From Antedon mediterranea (taxonomy: Eukaryota > Animalia > Echinodermata): a stretch of DNA of 64,000 nucleotides. The DNA is taken from positions 29,875,499-29,939,498 of the forward strand of contig NC_092676.1 of assembly GCF_964355755.1 (NCBI RefSeq), read 5' to 3'. The position numbers and the translations under genes were made by a program. Of this stretch, positions 62,001-64,000 are shown piece after piece (position 1 is the stretch's first letter; each line of letters opens with the position of its first letter). The notes beneath the pieces were generated by a model. It saw only the letters and a program-made list of their open reading frames with translations. It was not told where the DNA came from and did no database searches.

Positions 62001-64000
62001 GTTGTTTTCACAGATTGGTGTAATTGTTCATATGGCACAGATTGGTTGTTTTGTGCCATGTCAGGAGGCAGACATCACCATCGTAGACTCCATCTTGGCT
62101 CGTGTTGGAGCTGGTGACAGCCAGCTGAAGGGAATATCAACATTTATGGCAGAAATGCTGGAGACTGCATCTATACTTAAGGTAAAATTTGCTTTTGCAA
62201 AGTAATGTTTTTTTAGTAAATAATTCCAATAATGTTGTATTTTTGTATTGACAATAATTATAACAATTTATAATTTTTTCAGTCAGCCACCGAAAATTCT
62301 CTTGTAATAATTGATGAATTGGGTCGTGGTACGTCAACCTATGATGGCTTTGGTCTTGCCTGGGCCATTTCAGAGTAAGTTCTTAAAACCTTTTTAAACC
62401 TAGTATAGTAATATAACTAGTAATACTCTTAATCCTTTTGAAAAAATGGTCCTTATCAAGCACTGACCAGCAACTCACAAAAATGTGTACCCTAGTTAAA
62501 TAATGATTTTCAAGATGATTTTATAGGTAATGCCTAGCATCTACTCAAAAATTATTATTTTTGGTTTGGAAACAGACAATAGTAATTCAGTGGTATTTAA
62601 TAATCATAAAAAGGATCATTATTCAGCAGGCATATATTTCACATTTTTATTTTTCAAATTAGATACATTGCGACAAAGATTAGGGGATTTTGTGTGTTTG
62701 CTACGCATTTCCACGAGCTGACCGCTTTAGCTGATACTGTGACGTCTGTCAGCAACTTACACGTGACAGCTCTTACTACCAAGGATACTTTCACGTTGTT
62801 ATACAAAGTGAAACCAGGTGAGTAAACTTTGATTATCCTCTGGTTCCATAAGCGATCCAGTATCATTCTTAAAGAATCTTTCACACCTGTTCCGGCACGG
62901 TTTCTGTCCGTCAAATCCAATTGAACATAACTGTTTCGTTTTAACAAGGTCATGCGCATGTTCGCATGGAGCATCGTGAAAACGAAACATTGATGTTCGA
63001 TTCGCCGGACAGAAACCGTGCTGGAACAGGTGTGAAAGACCCTTAAAGGTTGCAATCTTGTTCACAAGACAACATATACACAAGATTCTCTACATAAACA
63101 CAGTCTTATTACAAGTCTTTGAGAGTGGAGTTGTAAATTGTAATTAGAAAAAATCCTGACATATGACAGAACTTGAACCCATGACCCTTGGATTAGTAGC
63201 CAAGCACTATAACCACCAAGCCACAACTCCAACCCGAAGTGCCCTTCAAATCACTGTTTCCTCATCACCTCCTTCTAATGTTCATCTTCTCCTTGACATA
63301 TGGCTATGATAACTTTAGAGAAATTTCTTATCCACCAGTAATCCAATTTATTCTTTTTACAAAATGCTAGTTTCATGATTTTCAATTCGCCAGAACTTTT
63401 ACTTTTAACTGCACAATTATTTGAATTCTCCTTATTTGTTAAGGCGTTTGTGATCAAAGTTTTGGTATACATGTGGCAGAATTGGCACATTTTCCAGAGA
63501 AGGTGATCGATTTTGCCAAAAAGAAGGCAGCAGAGCTTGAAGACTACCAGTCAACACCAGCTGGTGGAATGGAAGGTGATGATGAACCAGCTGCCAAGAA
63601 AAGAAGGCTCACCAAAAAGGTCCCATAATTCAGTTGTTTTATGATGATGTTGTGAATTCAAACCAATTTGAAACATTTAATAGTTTAATGGCATAAAATT
63701 TATATAGCGCAAAATACAAATAGTCTCTATGCGCTGTTTAGCACAAGTGTGAAAATAAAAATGTTGATGTAAAATAAACCACGAAATAGCCCATGAAAAC
63801 CGAATAAATTGACCAAGACAACAGAAAAAAGTCCGAAAACAGAATCTCACATCACCACACTGTTTCACTAACTTGAATAAAGTATGGTATAAGTTCTAAA
63901 TGGTATTTTTTTTATTTTTCTTAAATGTATTTTATCGAAATCATTTTTTTTTTCTTATTCAGGATGGTGAAGAGATAATCAAGGAATTTTTAGAAAAAGT
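56015..64000 (+). CDS. MSH2: DNA mismatch-repair protein MSH2. At least 21 coding exons lie in the window and the last one runs off the window end.
   Basis: Exons: 56015..56048 (ATG), 56435..56484, 56623..56658, 56847..56934, 57429..57574, 57706..57894, 58030..58246, 58565..58623, 58785..58905, 59152..59262, 59575..59825, 60190..60304, 60391..60536, 60828..60999, 61108..61171, 61330..61552, 62014..62181, 62283..62374, 62663..62817, 63444..63619, 63963..64000+. All are GT..AG with consistent phases. The translation aligns with human MSH2 as recalled from memory: [12 protein letters not shown].. vs MAVQPKETLQLE..; [30 protein letters not shown] vs [30 protein letters not shown]; [22 protein letters not shown]; [20 protein letters not shown]; the Walker A motif [31 protein letters not shown]; [29 protein letters not shown]; [36 protein letters not shown]; and the C-terminal KEFLEK. 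Confidence 0.92.
58380..58445. mobile_element. Minimal MITE of the same family (about 65 bp, essentially TIRs only) in an MSH2 intron.
   Basis: gccctgtctacactatcaaactttatgtgaccaaaaaaaatagtttgatagtgtagacagagc. Confidence 0.75.
62870..63050. repeat. About 180-bp perfect-stem hairpin (palindromic MITE-like insertion) in MSH2 intron 19.
   Basis: cacacctgttccggcacggtttctgtccg..aaacgaaacagttatgttcaattggatttgacggacagaaaccgtgccggaacaggtgtgaaag. The arms at 62875..62935 and 62995..63040 are reverse complements. Confidence 0.8.
63049..63240 (+). repeat. Copy 2 of the roughly 190-bp dispersed repeat, inside an MSH2 intron.
   Basis: ggttgcaatcttgttcacaagacaacatatacacaagattctctacataaacacagtcttattacaag..attagtagccaagcactataaccaccaagccac. 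Confidence 0.7.

Overview
Eukaryotic (metazoan, probably a marine invertebrate) nuclear genomic window. It is AT-rich (roughly 65% AT) and intron-rich with canonical GT..AG introns. There are no prokaryotic features: no operons, no CRISPR arrays, no rRNA genes, and no convincing tRNA gene. I can support 12 protein-coding loci, all built by hand from the six-frame ORFs plus splice-site and reading-phase bookkeeping. In window order: a partial unidentified gene (-); a UTP14 homologue (+); CEP57 (-) and FAM76 (+) head-to-head on a shared CpG-rich promoter; a compact class C (mGluR/CaSR-like) GPCR (-); three tandem FabG-like SDR paralogues (+) with identical 9-exon structure; an unidentified secreted-protein gene (-); an intronless FoxN-like forkhead gene (-); a very unusual two-exon gene (-) encoding a signal peptide, a complete GMC FAD-oxidoreductase and a C-terminal PNKP-type HAD DNA 3'-phosphatase in one 3.2-kb exon; and MSH2 (+, at least 21 coding exons, running off the window end). 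Introns and intergenic DNA are full of a MITE family with about 21-bp TIRs (GCTCTGTCTACACTATCAAAC), several foldback/TIR non-autonomous elements, and many mini- and microsatellites. One minisatellite is seeded from a FAM76 exon-intron junction and replicates a splice-donor site about 20 times. Coordinates were checked against the ORF track wherever an ORF overlapped an exon; elsewhere exon ends may be off by a few nt.
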